Below are positions 1-9,838 of a stretch of DNA of 64,000 nt, piece by piece. The stretch is taken from assembly GCA_944391445.1 (NCBI GenBank), contig CALXTL010000004.1:20572-84571 (forward strand), read 5' to 3'. The position numbers and the translations under genes are program-made. The notes beneath the pieces are model-generated. The model worked only from the letters and a program-made list of their open reading frames with translations. It did not search any database and was not told the origin of the DNA. The DNA is from an uncultured Alphaproteobacteria bacterium. Lineage in GTDB: Bacteria; Pseudomonadota; Alphaproteobacteria; RF32; CAG-239. Each line of letters opens with the position of its first letter. Within the stretch, counting starts at the first letter, position 1.

Positions 1-2
1 CC

Positions 3-200
3 ATTGTTGTTGAAGAAAATACCGTTGCTCCGGTTGCCGAGGAAGATATTGTCGTTGTTGACCATGAACCGACTGCTGAAGAAGCTGCCGCCGCGCAGGG
101 ATCTGAGGAAGAGACAATTATTGAAACCGAAGTTGATGAAAATGTTGTCGAAACCAACCCCGAAGCAACAGCAAACGAAGACGAAACTGTTGTCGAATAG
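3..200 (+). CDS. 3' end of a gene cut by the window edge. It encodes a strongly acidic Glu/Val/Asp-rich C-terminal tail (IVVEENTVAPVAEEDIVVVDHEPTAEE...NEDETVVE*).
   Basis: Frame 3 is open from the window edge to TAG at 198-200, followed by a terminator hairpin at 227-256. The listed ORF 4..270 is a different frame, is K/L/R low-complexity and reads through that terminator. Confidence 0.4.
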   Translation: MVVEENTVAPVAEEDIVVVDHEPTAEEAAAAQGSEEETIIETEVDENVVETNPEATANEDETVVE

Positions 201-226
201 TAACAATCGGCAAATTTTTGTTACTG

Positions 227-256
227 AAGACCGCCTAAAAAAGCGGTCTTTTTTAT
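227..256 (+). terminator. Rho-independent terminator
   Basis: Stem aagaccgc (227-234) pairs with gcggtctt (243-250), followed by a T-run. Confidence 0.6.
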
Positions 257-377
257 TGTTTCTGCTCTGAAAAAGACTATATATATTAGCGAAAACAAAA
301 AGAAAAGCCCGATGCCTGCGCAAAACAAAGCTTTGGCAGAAAGCACAAACGGATTCGGGCCAGCAAAGGAGAAAAAA

Positions 378-1334
378 ATGAAAGTAGGTATCATAGGAGC
401 CGGTTCGGTTGGCAGCGCGACAGCTTTTGCGCTGATTATGAAAGGTGTTGCCCGGAAAGTCGTTTTAATCGATTCCAACGAAAAAAAAGCTAAGGCAGAA
501 GCCATGGATATCGCGCATGCGGCACCGTTTGCTTATGCCAATAAAATCAAAGCCGGAACTTATCAGGATCTGGAAGGTTCGGACATTGTCATCGTCACCG
601 CCGGAGCCAATCAAAAACCTGGAGAAACACGTATCGATCTTCTCGGACGCAATGTCAAAATTTTTGAAAGTATCATTCCTCAGATTGCCAAAGCCGCACC
701 GAATGCCATTTTGCTGATCACGGCCAACCCGGCCGACATCATGACCGAAGTGGCGATCAAACTCTCCGGATTTCCCAAAGAAAGAGTCATCGGTTCGGGC
801 ACGGTTCTTGATACCTCGCGTTTCCGGACTCTGCTCGGATATCGTCTTGGCGTTTCGCCTCAATCGATTCATGCATACGTTTTGGGCGAGCACGGCGACA
901 GCGAAGTGCTGATCTGGTCAAACGGCGATGCAGGTTCTGTTCAGATTGAAGAACTGGCCAGAGTTGTCGACAAACCGTTCACGCCTGATGTCAAAGCCGA
1001 AATTGATGATTGTGTCCGCAATTCGGCCTACCAGATTATTGAAGGCAAGGGAGCCACTTACTACGGCATTGCCGGAGCTTTGTGCCGTATTTGCCAGGCC
1101 ATCAGCAACAACGAATATGCAATTCTGACGGTTTCCTCGCATCATGAAGAAGTCGAGGGTGTGGAAAATGTCTGTCTTTCACTGCCGACCGTCATTGGCA
1201 AACGCGGCATTCATCAGGTTATTTTTCCGCGTCTTTCAGAAAGCGAGCACCGTGACTTGCGCTTCAGTGCCGAAAAAATTAAAGAATATTCGGATCAGGC
1301 GGTTGCCATGGTCAGCGAAGACGCCAAAGCCTGA
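378..1334 (+). CDS. ldh: L-lactate dehydrogenase
   Basis: MKVGIIGAGSVGSATAF is a Rossmann N-terminus. GANQKPGETRIDL has Gln at the LDH/MDH discriminating position, and GEHGDSE is present. ATG at 378 is preceded by aaaggag; the ORF-track start at 312 is probably an upstream extension. Confidence 0.85.
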   Translation: MKVGIIGAGSVGSATAFALIMKGVARKVVLIDSNEKKAKAEAMDIAHAAPFAYANKIKAGTYQDLEGSDIVIVTAGANQKPGETRIDLLGRNVKIFESIIPQIAKAAPNAILLITANPADIMTEVAIKLSGFPKERVIGSGTVLDTSRFRTLLGYRLGVSPQSIHAYVLGEHGDSEVLIWSNGDAGSVQIEELARVVDKPFTPDVKAEIDDCVRNSAYQIIEGKGATYYGIAGALCRICQAISNNEYAILTVSSHHEEVEGVENVCLSLPTVIGKRGIHQVIFPRLSESEHRDLRFSAEKIKEYSDQAVAMVSEDAKA

Positions 1335-1360
1335 AATTCAAACATCCCAAGCATCAAAAA

Positions 1361-1390
1361 AACCCGCCGGAATACTGCGGCGGGTTTTGT
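1361..1390. terminator. Bidirectional intrinsic terminator between convergent ldh and the 196-aa gene
   Basis: aacccgccg / loop gaatact / gcggcgggtt, with an A-run upstream and a T-run downstream. Confidence 0.55.
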
Positions 1391-1980
1391 TATGAGCGGA
1401 TTCTCCAATCCATAATCTCAACGGCCGCCGGATCATCCGGCGCGCCTTGAATTTCCATCAGCAATGTAGCCGGAAAAGAGTTGATCTCGGCCGTCAAAAA
1501 TGCCTGTCCGTCAATGCCGAATCTGAACAGACGCCCTTGCCGCACCAGCGAAAAAAGATAAAAAACGTCCGGCACAATCCGCGGCGCTTCTTTTTCAAGC
1601 ATCAGCATTTTGTTTTTATAAAAGCGGAGACGATTGCCTTCTTCGGCAAAATGCATTTCTGTTTCATAAAAATCACTCCCGGTTTTGATCAAAAGCCGAA
1701 CAATCGCCGAGCGGGTCAGACTCATCATTTGAAAATCAAGCCCGAAATCACCGGAAAATTTTGACGGATAACGCAGGACAATTTTCTGAGAACCGATGGC
1801 CTCTTGCACATAAAAAGAATGTTTGCCGATTTCAAAAACATTCTGTTCCGGATTTTGCAGCCAGCCAGATATTTCTTCTGCGCTGACTTCATGAACGGCG
1901 CCTCGTCCGGTAAACCACAGAGCGGCAACCCCCGTTCCCAAAACAAAAAACGCGATAACGGCCATCCAGTATTTTTTCAA
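1390..1980 (-). CDS. Hypothetical protein with an N-terminal membrane anchor or signal
   Basis: 196-aa ORF with N-terminus MKKYWMAVIAFFVLGTGVAALWF. It starts 4 nt after the trpS stop, so is probably co-transcribed. No domain recognised. Confidence 0.5.
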   Translation of the reverse strand: MKKYWMAVIAFFVLGTGVAALWFTGRGAVHEVSAEEISGWLQNPEQNVFEIGKHSFYVQEAIGSQKIVLRYPSKFSGDFGLDFQMMSLTRSAIVRLLIKTGSDFYETEMHFAEEGNRLRFYKNKMLMLEKEAPRIVPDVFYLFSLVRQGRLFRFGIDGQAFLTAEINSFPATLLMEIQGAPDDPAAVEIMDWRIRS

Positions 1981-1983
1981 GTT

Positions 1984-3000
1984 TTATCTCCCGAAGACGG
2001 CATCTTTCAAACGCTGAAGCGTTTTCTGCGCCGCCGGGCGAGCTTTTTCTGCGCCTTCGCTCAGCAAAGCCTCAACTTCGGCAAAATGCGCCATATAATA
2101 GTTATACTTTTCCCTGGCCGCACCAATTTCGGCCAAAACCGCATCAAGCAGCATATTTTTGATCTGTCCGTAGCCGAGTTTTCCCTGCCGCAGACCATCG
2201 CCCATCTCCTGCAGCTGCGCCGGTGTTGCGATGGATTTATAAATTTCATAAACCAAAATACCTTCCGGATCCTTAGGCTCTTCCGGCAAACGTGAATCGG
2301 TTTTGATAGAAAAGATTGCTTTTTTAATTGCTTTATCATCTGCAAACAGCGGGATAACATTGCCATAAGACTTGCTCATCTTGCGCCCGTCAATTCCGGG
2401 AACAACCGCCACATGATCATCCACATACGCATCCGGCAGACGCAACAGCTCCTTTTGATAATGTGCATTAATGGCACCCGCAATATCACGGGCAATTTCC
2501 ACATGTTGCACCTGATCCCGGCCAACCGGCACAATATCGGTATCATAGGCCAGAATATCCGCCGCCATCAGGGTTGGATAGGTATAAAGTCCCATATTGA
2601 TGCCGTCATCATCAGGCTTGCCGGCCATCCGGTTCTTATCCACCGCAGCCTTATAAGCATGCGCTTTGTTCATAAAACCTTTTGGTGTATAGGCATACAG
2701 GATTGTCGTAATTTCGAGAATTTCCGGAATATCCGACTGCCGATAGAACAAAGACTTTGAAGGATCCAACCCTCCGGCCAAATAAATGCAGGCGATTTCT
2801 TTCATTTTTTGGTTCAATACAGCCGGATCTTTTTCCGCATTAATGGCATGATAATCGGCAATAAACATATAATGTTTTCCGCCTTGCGCCACAGCCTCGT
2901 TACCCAGCTCGATCGCCGGTTTGATGGCGCCGAGATAATTGCCCAGATGCGGGGTTCCGGTCGGTTTTACACCGGTCAAAATGTTTTTTCCTGCAAACAT
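1984..3000 (-). CDS. trpS: Tryptophan--tRNA ligase
   Basis: Class-I signatures TGTPHLGNYLG (HIGH-like) and KMSKSYGN (KMSKS). Length 338 aa. Confidence 0.9.
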   Translation of the reverse strand: MFAGKNILTGVKPTGTPHLGNYLGAIKPAIELGNEAVAQGGKHYMFIADYHAINAEKDPAVLNQKMKEIACIYLAGGLDPSKSLFYRQSDIPEILEITTILYAYTPKGFMNKAHAYKAAVDKNRMAGKPDDDGINMGLYTYPTLMAADILAYDTDIVPVGRDQVQHVEIARDIAGAINAHYQKELLRLPDAYVDDHVAVVPGIDGRKMSKSYGNVIPLFADDKAIKKAIFSIKTDSRLPEEPKDPEGILVYEIYKSIATPAQLQEMGDGLRQGKLGYGQIKNMLLDAVLAEIGAAREKYNYYMAHFAEVEALLSEGAEKARPAAQKTLQRLKDAVFGR

Positions 3001-3095
3001 TGTCAGTGAGTTTCCTTATTTTTCTGTTGAATTTCTCTGTAATTATAGATACTCTGTTTAACCGGTTAAATCAATCATTTTTTAGGACAGAAAAT

Positions 3096-4376
3096 ATGTT
3101 AGACGTCAAATACATCATCGACAACCCGCAACAGGTCAAAGACAGCCTCGCTAAAAAAGGCTTTGCGCCGGAAAATGTCGACCGTTTGCTGTCAACATAT
3201 TTTGAAATGAACAAGCTCAAAACCGCATCTCAGGGGCTGGCAGAAGAAAAAAACAAGCTCAGTGCTTCCATCAAAAATGCTTCTCCGGAAGAGCGACCGA
3301 ACATCATTGCCAAAAGCAAGACTCTTGGCGAAGAGCTGAAAAAACAGCAGGAAAAACTTTCTGCGGTTGAAGAAGACTTTGAACTGCAGATGCTGCGGAT
3401 GCCCAATTATCCGAGCCCGGATTGCCCGGTCGGCCCGGATGAAAGCGGCAACGTGGTCATCCGCAAAGTTGGCACACCCCGCAAATTTGACTTCACGCCG
3501 CGTGATCATATTGAGCTGATGGAAATCAACGACTGGTCGGAAATGGAGCGTATTGCCAAAGTTTCCGGCTCGCGCACCTATGCCATCAAAAATGACCTCG
3601 CCCAACTGGAGCTAGCCATGCACATGATGGTGCTGGACAAACTTCGCGCCAATGGCTTCACCGTGATCACCGTTCCGTCGCTTTCCAAAGAAAAACCTCT
3701 GTATGGTCAGGGATACCTGCCTTTTTCCCGTGACGAAATTTATTACATGCCGGCTGATGACATATACCTTTCGGGCACGGCCGAACTGATTTTGAACTCA
3801 TTGCGTGCCGATGAAATCCTTCAGGAAAATGAGTTACCGATTCTATACGCCGGATTCTCCCCCTGCTTCCGTCGCGAAGCCGGAGCCGCCGGCAAAGACA
3901 CCCGCGGCCTGGTCCGGGTGCATCAGTTCATGAAAACCGAACAATTTGTTATCTGCAAAAACGATCTTGCTGAAAGTGAGAAATGGCATCAAAAATTGTT
4001 GGCTATTTCAGAAGAAGTTTTGCAGGATTTAGAGCTGCCATATCAGGTTTTGGACATCTGCACCGGAGACATGGGCGCTCCCAAATACCGCCAATACGAC
4101 CTTGAGGCCTGGGTTCCCAGCCAGAATTGCTATCGTGAAACACACTCTTGCTCCAACATTACCGACTGGCAGGCACGCCGCACAAATTTACGCTATCGTG
4201 CTAATGCCGACGGCAAAGTCAGATATGTTCACACCCTCAACAACACCGGCATTGCCACGCCGCGCGCGCTGGTTCCGTTTATTGAAAATCACCAAAACGC
4301 CGACGGCACGGTTAACATTCCCGTTAAACTGCAGCCATATCTCGGCGGCAAAAAAATCATCGGCAAAGGTAAATAG
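3096..4376 (+). CDS. serS: Serine--tRNA ligase
   Basis: MLDVKYIIDNPQQVKDSLAKKG is a typical SerRS coiled-coil N-terminus. Class-II core motifs FRREAGAAGKDTRGLVRVHQF and TLNNTGIATPRALV are present. ATG at 3096 is chosen over the 3000 extension. Confidence 0.9.
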   Translation: MLDVKYIIDNPQQVKDSLAKKGFAPENVDRLLSTYFEMNKLKTASQGLAEEKNKLSASIKNASPEERPNIIAKSKTLGEELKKQQEKLSAVEEDFELQMLRMPNYPSPDCPVGPDESGNVVIRKVGTPRKFDFTPRDHIELMEINDWSEMERIAKVSGSRTYAIKNDLAQLELAMHMMVLDKLRANGFTVITVPSLSKEKPLYGQGYLPFSRDEIYYMPADDIYLSGTAELILNSLRADEILQENELPILYAGFSPCFRREAGAAGKDTRGLVRVHQFMKTEQFVICKNDLAESEKWHQKLLAISEEVLQDLELPYQVLDICTGDMGAPKYRQYDLEAWVPSQNCYRETHSCSNITDWQARRTNLRYRANADGKVRYVHTLNNTGIATPRALVPFIENHQNADGTVNIPVKLQPYLGGKKIIGKGK

Positions 4377-5042
4377 ATGCAGCCCGACCTGTCCAAAGTA
4401 AAATATGTTTTATTTGACTGGGACGGTACCTTGTCCGACAATCGCGCCATCGTTCTCAAAGCCGTTTCTCAGGTGCTTGCCGAACATGGTCTTCCGAGCT
4501 GGGCGGAAATAAAAAACAAACGCAATCCCCAACTGTCCCTATGGGACAATTTTGCCAATTTTTTCGGCGTTGGCTGGCCAGCAGCTTATGAACGCTATAT
4601 TGAGATATATAAAAAATTAATTCCCTCCATGGTCAAAGCTTTTCCGCAGGCGGAAAAAGTGCTGCAGCGGTTGAAAGATGACGGCGTTGTGCTGATGATC
4701 ATGACCAACAAAGATCCTCGGCTGCTGGAAGTTGAACTGCCGTTATTGTACAATCCGGCTCTTTTTGCCCGGATTGTCCCCGGCCATGAGGCTCCCCGGG
4801 ACAAACCCTGGCCGGATCATATATATTATACGCTGCGGGGTCTGCTGACACCTGCAGAAATCAACCCGCAGGATGTCTGGATGGTTGGCGACAGCGACCA
4901 AGACAGTGATTGTGCTTTTGCCGCGCATGCGCTGCCCGTCCGGATCAATGCGCCGTTATTTGATGAAGCCGCGCCGCATTCGGCTGATATTGTCTGGCTT
5001 CATGATTTTACGGAATTTGACAATCTGTTAGCAAAAAATTAA
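4377..5042 (+). CDS. HAD-superfamily (subfamily IA-like) phosphatase
   Basis: HAD motifs I FDWDGTL, II MTNK, III RDKPWPD and IV GDSDQD. The ATG abuts the serS stop. Confidence 0.75.
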   Translation: MQPDLSKVKYVLFDWDGTLSDNRAIVLKAVSQVLAEHGLPSWAEIKNKRNPQLSLWDNFANFFGVGWPAAYERYIEIYKKLIPSMVKAFPQAEKVLQRLKDDGVVLMIMTNKDPRLLEVELPLLYNPALFARIVPGHEAPRDKPWPDHIYYTLRGLLTPAEINPQDVWMVGDSDQDSDCAFAAHALPVRINAPLFDEAAPHSADIVWLHDFTEFDNLLAKN

Positions 5043-5099
5043 AAGCCGTATATAATAATAAATCTATTGATTCTCAAAATCTGTTTCGGGAGCTCCGCG

Positions 5100-6659
5100 A
5101 TGTTTGAAAAATTTGATGTCGATTATGCCGCCTTGCCCAAATACGTTTTCATTGCCGCAATTATTATTGCCGTCCTTATCCTCAATATATACTTTGTCCG
5201 AAAATACATTTCTTCCAACAACGAAGTTATTACAGACTACACCTTGAGAGACGAAGACATAAACCCCGTGCGTGAAGCGGCTGTTGCCGGCATGTTTTAC
5301 CCGGCTGATGTTTACCAGCTTCGCAAAGATCTGAACAGTTATCTTGAAACGGTTCCGCCCAAACTCGGAAAACGGCCGCATATTCTGATTGTCCCGCACG
5401 CCGGCTATCTATATTCGGCTCAGGTTGCCGCACATGCCTACCAAAAGATTTTGCCGTTTCAACAACAAATAAACACCGTATTTCTGCTTGGGCCTTCGCA
5501 TCATGTTGCATTGGAAGGGATAGCTCTTTCTTCGGCCAAAAGCTTTCGCACGCCGCTCGGACAGGTTCCCGTCAATGCCCAAATCACCGCAGAACTGGCC
5601 GTTCAAAAAAATTTTTCCTTCAATGACAAAGCCCATCGCAACGAACACGCGTTAGAAGTTCAATTGCCTTTTCTGCAAAAAACACTTAAAAATTTCAACA
5701 TAATTCCAATGATATACGGCCGGGTTAATCCGGAAGAAATCGCCAAGATACTGGCACCGTATTTAGAACGCGACAACACACTGCTAATTGTTTCCGCCGA
5801 CTTATCGCATTATCTCGATTCTAAAACGGCGGAAAAACTTGATGCCGAAACCGCCGCCATGGTTGCTGCCGGACAACCGTTGGACCAGCACCGTTCCTGC
5901 GGTGCAACCGGGATCAATACCGCTATGTTGCTGGCGCGTCATTTCGGCTTTCGCCCAGAATTGCTTGACATCACCAATTCCGGCAATGTCACCGGCGATA
6001 TGAGCCGTGTTGTCGGTTATGCCGCCTGGATGTTCAGTCGCAAACCGGCCGCCGAAGAACATCTGTCTGCCTTGGAGCAGGAAGTTGAAAATCTTGCTTT
6101 TTTTGCCAAGCATAACAAAGACAAACTGCTTGAAATTGTCGAAAAAACATTGCAGCATGCCGTTATTGGCAAACACTTTACACCGGAAAGGAGCGACTAT
6201 CCGGACGTTTTATTTGATAAAGGCGCTTCTTTTGTCACCTTAACCAAAAACGGAGAGCTACGCGGCTGCATCGGTTCGCTGCTGCCCAACCGGGCAATTG
6301 CGCTTGATATTGCCGACAATGCCTGGCAGGCAGCCATGGCCGACAGCCGGTTTTCGCCGCTGACACAGCCAGAACTGCAAGAGATTGAGTATACCGTTTC
6401 CCTGCTGACCGGATATGAAAAAATTTCATTTAAGAACGAAGCCGATCTGTTAAACAAAATCAAACCGAATATAGACGGAATTGTCATCCGTGACGGACGG
6501 CGCCAGGGTCTGTTTCTTCCCTCTGTATGGAAACAGATTAGCAATCCTGCCGATTTTTTAAACAATCTCAAGATCAAAGCCGGTCTCAGCCCTGCGTACT
6601 GGTCAGATGAAATGAACGTCTACCGCTTTAGAACCGTGGAGATTAACAATGCAGATTAA
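5100..6659 (+). CDS. Fusion protein: N-terminal TM helix, MEMO1-like (AmmeMemoRadiSam B) domain and AMMECR1 (AmmeMemoRadiSam A) domain
   Basis: TM helix is VFIAAIIIAVLILNIYFV. Memo-type motifs are VAGMFYP, ILIVPHAGYLYSAQVAAHAY and VSADLSH. The AMMECR1-type motif is GASFVTLTKNGELRGCIGSL...GLFLPSVW. ATG at 5100 follows GGGAG; TTG at 5067 is an alternative start. Confidence 0.75.
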   Translation: MFEKFDVDYAALPKYVFIAAIIIAVLILNIYFVRKYISSNNEVITDYTLRDEDINPVREAAVAGMFYPADVYQLRKDLNSYLETVPPKLGKRPHILIVPHAGYLYSAQVAAHAYQKILPFQQQINTVFLLGPSHHVALEGIALSSAKSFRTPLGQVPVNAQITAELAVQKNFSFNDKAHRNEHALEVQLPFLQKTLKNFNIIPMIYGRVNPEEIAKILAPYLERDNTLLIVSADLSHYLDSKTAEKLDAETAAMVAAGQPLDQHRSCGATGINTAMLLARHFGFRPELLDITNSGNVTGDMSRVVGYAAWMFSRKPAAEEHLSALEQEVENLAFFAKHNKDKLLEIVEKTLQHAVIGKHFTPERSDYPDVLFDKGASFVTLTKNGELRGCIGSLLPNRAIALDIADNAWQAAMADSRFSPLTQPELQEIEYTVSLLTGYEKISFKNEADLLNKIKPNIDGIVIRDGRRQGLFLPSVWKQISNPADFLNNLKIKAGLSPAYWSDEMNVYRFRTVEINNAD

Positions 6660-8364
6660 AGGATATGAAATTGCCCTGTCTGAAGCTGCGCTTGACGACA
6701 TTTTTGCCAGCCGCCTTCAGATAATTAATATGATTGACGAAAACTTTTCCGGTTTCAAAAATCTGGCTGAAGGAGACCGCAAAGCACTCCATTATCTGGT
6801 ACGTGCCGCCAAAATGATCAATGACGTGGCATTGGAACAAGACCATCCGCTAAATCTTTTGCTCAAAACCGGCCTGGAAAAAGCGGCTTCGGCTGGCAGC
6901 ACACATGCCGCCAAAGCATTGCGCTTATTCAACTCGCTCAACGGCGTAACCGGCCTCAACGGACTTGACCCGGAACCAGTGGAAATTTTCAAAAATATAC
7001 ATGGTTTTAAAGGCCGCAATTTTTATCCCTCAGACCTGGGTGAAGAAGAATTTCACCGCATTCTTCTTTGCATGTTGCAGGCCGGCAGGATCGAAGAAGT
7101 CCGCCGCATTGTTTCCGCCCGGACCATGGTCCGCCGCAAAGGAAAATATCTGACCTCAATCGACTACACCGAATATTTTGCGCCGATTTTTTCCCAAGTA
7201 GCCAACGAGTTGGAGCTCGCCGCACATTATTCGACCGACGCGGCCTTTAAAGATTATCTTGGCTGGCAGGTACAGGCCTTGCTGCAAAACAATGAAGACA
7301 TGGATATGTTGGCCGACCGACACTGGGCAGTTTTACAGGATTCGCCTTTGGAGTTCACCCTCAGTCGCGAAAATTACGATGATGAAATGACGCCCACTGT
7401 TTTTGCTAATCCCGAATTATCTGGGCGGCTGAAAGAAGCCGGCATTGAAGTCGTTCCCAAAGATATGCTTGGCGCGCGGGTTGGTATTGTCAACGCAGAA
7501 GGCACCAAATTGCTGCTTCGCTTCAAAAACCAGATGAAAGATTTGGCCGGTCTTATGCCTTTAGCCGAGCGCTATACGCAAAATATTAATGCCGCGGCCG
7601 ACCTCAAACAAACTATGGTAGATGTTGACTTGGCCACATTGCAAGGAGACTATGCCCAATGCCGCGGCGGAATTACCACGGCGCAAAATCTGCCCAACAA
7701 CGACAAATTATCGGTCAAATGCGGCGGCGGCCGCCGTAATGTTTATCACCGACAGGTGCGGATGGCCGTTGACCCTGAACGAACGCGCAAAATGCTTGAA
7801 GCTTTGGTTGCGCCGGAATTTCACCGTTGGTACAATCCGGAAGCTGAACATCTGTTTGTCATTGGTCATGAAAACGGACATTCTCTGGGCCCCGGCAGTG
7901 AATTTCAAACGGCACTCGGAGCTTATGCCCATATCATCGAAGAAAACAAAGCCGATGTTATTTCAATAACTTTCATGCCGGAATATGTTAAAACCGGCAT
8001 CATCAGCGAAGCAACCCTGAAAGAAATCTATGTTACCTGGATTGTTCGTTTGCTGCTCAAATCCCGCCCGCAACTGATTCAGCCGCACCGCGTCGGTGAC
8101 CTGATTCATTTTAACTTTTTGCGGCAGAATGGCGTCATCCTGTTTAATGCCGATCGCAAATTAGAAATAGATTTTACCAAAATAGATGACGCCATGCATC
8201 GTCTTCTGCATGAAACAATTGAAGTTCAATTGTCAAAATCGCCGCAAAAAGCCAAAGAATTTATTGATCGGTACACCACCTGGGACAATCTGACGGAATA
8301 TATTGCCGAGACATTACAACAACTTGGTGTCAAACCCTATAAAGAAATCAGGACTTACTTATAA
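6649..8364 (+). CDS. Putative zinc metallopeptidase of the DPP-III (M49)-like family, pentapeptide HExxH subtype
   Basis: FVIGHENGHSLGP (HExxH) is followed about 25 aa later by IIEENKADV, resembling the second M49 motif EExxAE/D. The ATG overlaps the upstream gene by 11 nt and is preceded by GGAG. Confidence 0.5.
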   Translation: MQIKGYEIALSEAALDDIFASRLQIINMIDENFSGFKNLAEGDRKALHYLVRAAKMINDVALEQDHPLNLLLKTGLEKAASAGSTHAAKALRLFNSLNGVTGLNGLDPEPVEIFKNIHGFKGRNFYPSDLGEEEFHRILLCMLQAGRIEEVRRIVSARTMVRRKGKYLTSIDYTEYFAPIFSQVANELELAAHYSTDAAFKDYLGWQVQALLQNNEDMDMLADRHWAVLQDSPLEFTLSRENYDDEMTPTVFANPELSGRLKEAGIEVVPKDMLGARVGIVNAEGTKLLLRFKNQMKDLAGLMPLAERYTQNINAAADLKQTMVDVDLATLQGDYAQCRGGITTAQNLPNNDKLSVKCGGGRRNVYHRQVRMAVDPERTRKMLEALVAPEFHRWYNPEAEHLFVIGHENGHSLGPGSEFQTALGAYAHIIEENKADVISITFMPEYVKTGIISEATLKEIYVTWIVRLLLKSRPQLIQPHRVGDLIHFNFLRQNGVILFNADRKLEIDFTKIDDAMHRLLHETIEVQLSKSPQKAKEFIDRYTTWDNLTEYIAETLQQLGVKPYKEIRTYL

Positions 8365-9746
8365 TGTACTATAGCTTTTTTGAAATTTTCTCGATCGGCG
8401 TCGGTCCGTCGAGCTCGCACACCGTCGGCCCGATGCGTGCGGCCAAAAGATATTTGGACAACCTCAGACAAAGTGGAAAATTTGCACAAATACAGCGTAT
8501 AGAAGTCACATTATACGGTTCGCTTGCACTGACCGGCGTCGGTCACGGTACGGTTAAAGCTGTTGTTTATGGTCTGATGGGGCTTGAAGCCGAAGCAATA
8601 GACCCTGAAAAACCATATGTTGTCGCCGTCGAAAAAGACAACATCCTCCACCTGGGGCAACAACGGGCAATTCCGTTCAATCTGAGCAAAGATATTGTTT
8701 TCGCCAAGGATGTCTTTCTGCCGGAGCACGCCAACGGCATGAAATTTGCAGCCTACGATGGGCAAAATAAACTTTTGCTGGAAGAAGTATACTTTTCTGT
8801 CGGCGGCGGCACAATTGTCCGCCGGGACGAAATTTCCCGCCGGATTGAACGTGAACCATACAATGTGCCACACCAGTTTGACACTTGCCGCGAACTGTTG
8901 GATCGATGCCGCAAATATGATCTGGATATCTCCGGCATTGTTCTGCAAAATGAAGTATCTTTGCGCTGCGAACCGGAAGTCCGGGAAGGCATTTTAAAAA
9001 TTCACCGTACCATGCAGGCTTCATTGGAAAGAGGCATGCGTGCCCGCGGCATCCTGCCCGGAGGCTTGGGCATCAAGCGCCGCGCCTCTGAAATTTTTTC
9101 CAGGCTGGAAGAAAAGTTTTTGGCCAACGATATAGACCCGCTGATGATCATTGACTGGATTAATCTTTGGGGATTCGCCGTTGCCGAAGAAAATGCCGCC
9201 GGTGGTCAGATTGTCACGGCCCCGACCATGGGCTCGGCAGGCATTATTCCGGCAGTTGTTCGCTACTATGAACGTTTCGCCTCAGCCAAATCGCCTTTTC
9301 CCATTGATGAAGGCATTGTCAAATTTTTAACCACCGCCTCGGCCATATGCAGCTTATATCGAACCAACGCTTCAATTTCAGGAGCCGAAGTCGGCTGCCA
9401 GGGCGAGATAGGCGTTGCTTGTTCAATGGCTGCTGCCGGCCTGGCTGCGGCCATGGGCGGCACCAACAGTCAGATTGAAGATGCGGCTGAAATTGCAATG
9501 GAACACAACCTGGGTCTGACTTGCGACCCCGTCGGCGGTTTGGTTCAGGTCCCCTGCATTGAACGCAATGCCATGGGCGCGGTCAAAGCCGTCAATGCGG
9601 CACGCTTGGCCATGCGCGGCGACGGCGAACATTTTGTCAGTCTGGACAGCGTCATCAAAACCATGTACCGCACCGGCTACGATATGAGCAAAAATTATAA
9701 GGAAACATCTCTCGGCGGCCTTGCCGTCAATATCTCTAATTGTTAG
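8364..9746 (+). CDS. sdaA: L-serine ammonia-lyase (iron-sulfur dependent, single chain)
   Basis: N-terminus FEIFSIGVGPSSSHTVGPMRAA. The alpha-domain motifs AAGGQIVTAPTMGSAGIIPAV and GAEVGCQGEIGVACSMAAAG are present. TAATG overlap with the upstream stop. Confidence 0.9.
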   Translation: MYYSFFEIFSIGVGPSSSHTVGPMRAAKRYLDNLRQSGKFAQIQRIEVTLYGSLALTGVGHGTVKAVVYGLMGLEAEAIDPEKPYVVAVEKDNILHLGQQRAIPFNLSKDIVFAKDVFLPEHANGMKFAAYDGQNKLLLEEVYFSVGGGTIVRRDEISRRIEREPYNVPHQFDTCRELLDRCRKYDLDISGIVLQNEVSLRCEPEVREGILKIHRTMQASLERGMRARGILPGGLGIKRRASEIFSRLEEKFLANDIDPLMIIDWINLWGFAVAEENAAGGQIVTAPTMGSAGIIPAVVRYYERFASAKSPFPIDEGIVKFLTTASAICSLYRTNASISGAEVGCQGEIGVACSMAAAGLAAAMGGTNSQIEDAAEIAMEHNLGLTCDPVGGLVQVPCIERNAMGAVKAVNAARLAMRGDGEHFVSLDSVIKTMYRTGYDMSKNYKETSLGGLAVNISNC

Positions 9747-9838
9747 AAACCGGGCTTTTTTTCTTGCGTATTCAGCAAAAAAGCGTCACAATTCTCTATC
9801 ATGATTATAAAGACCCGTTTTAACCAAAAGAGGACTGC

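Noticed and set aside
4-505. ORFs 4..270 (plus) and 221..505 (minus) at the left edge
   Set aside because: ORF 4..270 is the K/L/R-rich off-frame reading of an acidic coding region and runs through a terminator hairpin. ORF 221..505 is antisense to the ldh 5' region and its promoter.
312-1334. Malate dehydrogenase as an alternative call for the LDH/MDH-family gene, and the upstream start at 312
   Set aside because: Gln, not Arg, sits in the GANQKPGETR substrate-discriminating position, which favours LDH. The Rossmann fold begins at MKVGIIGAG (ATG 378, with an RBS).
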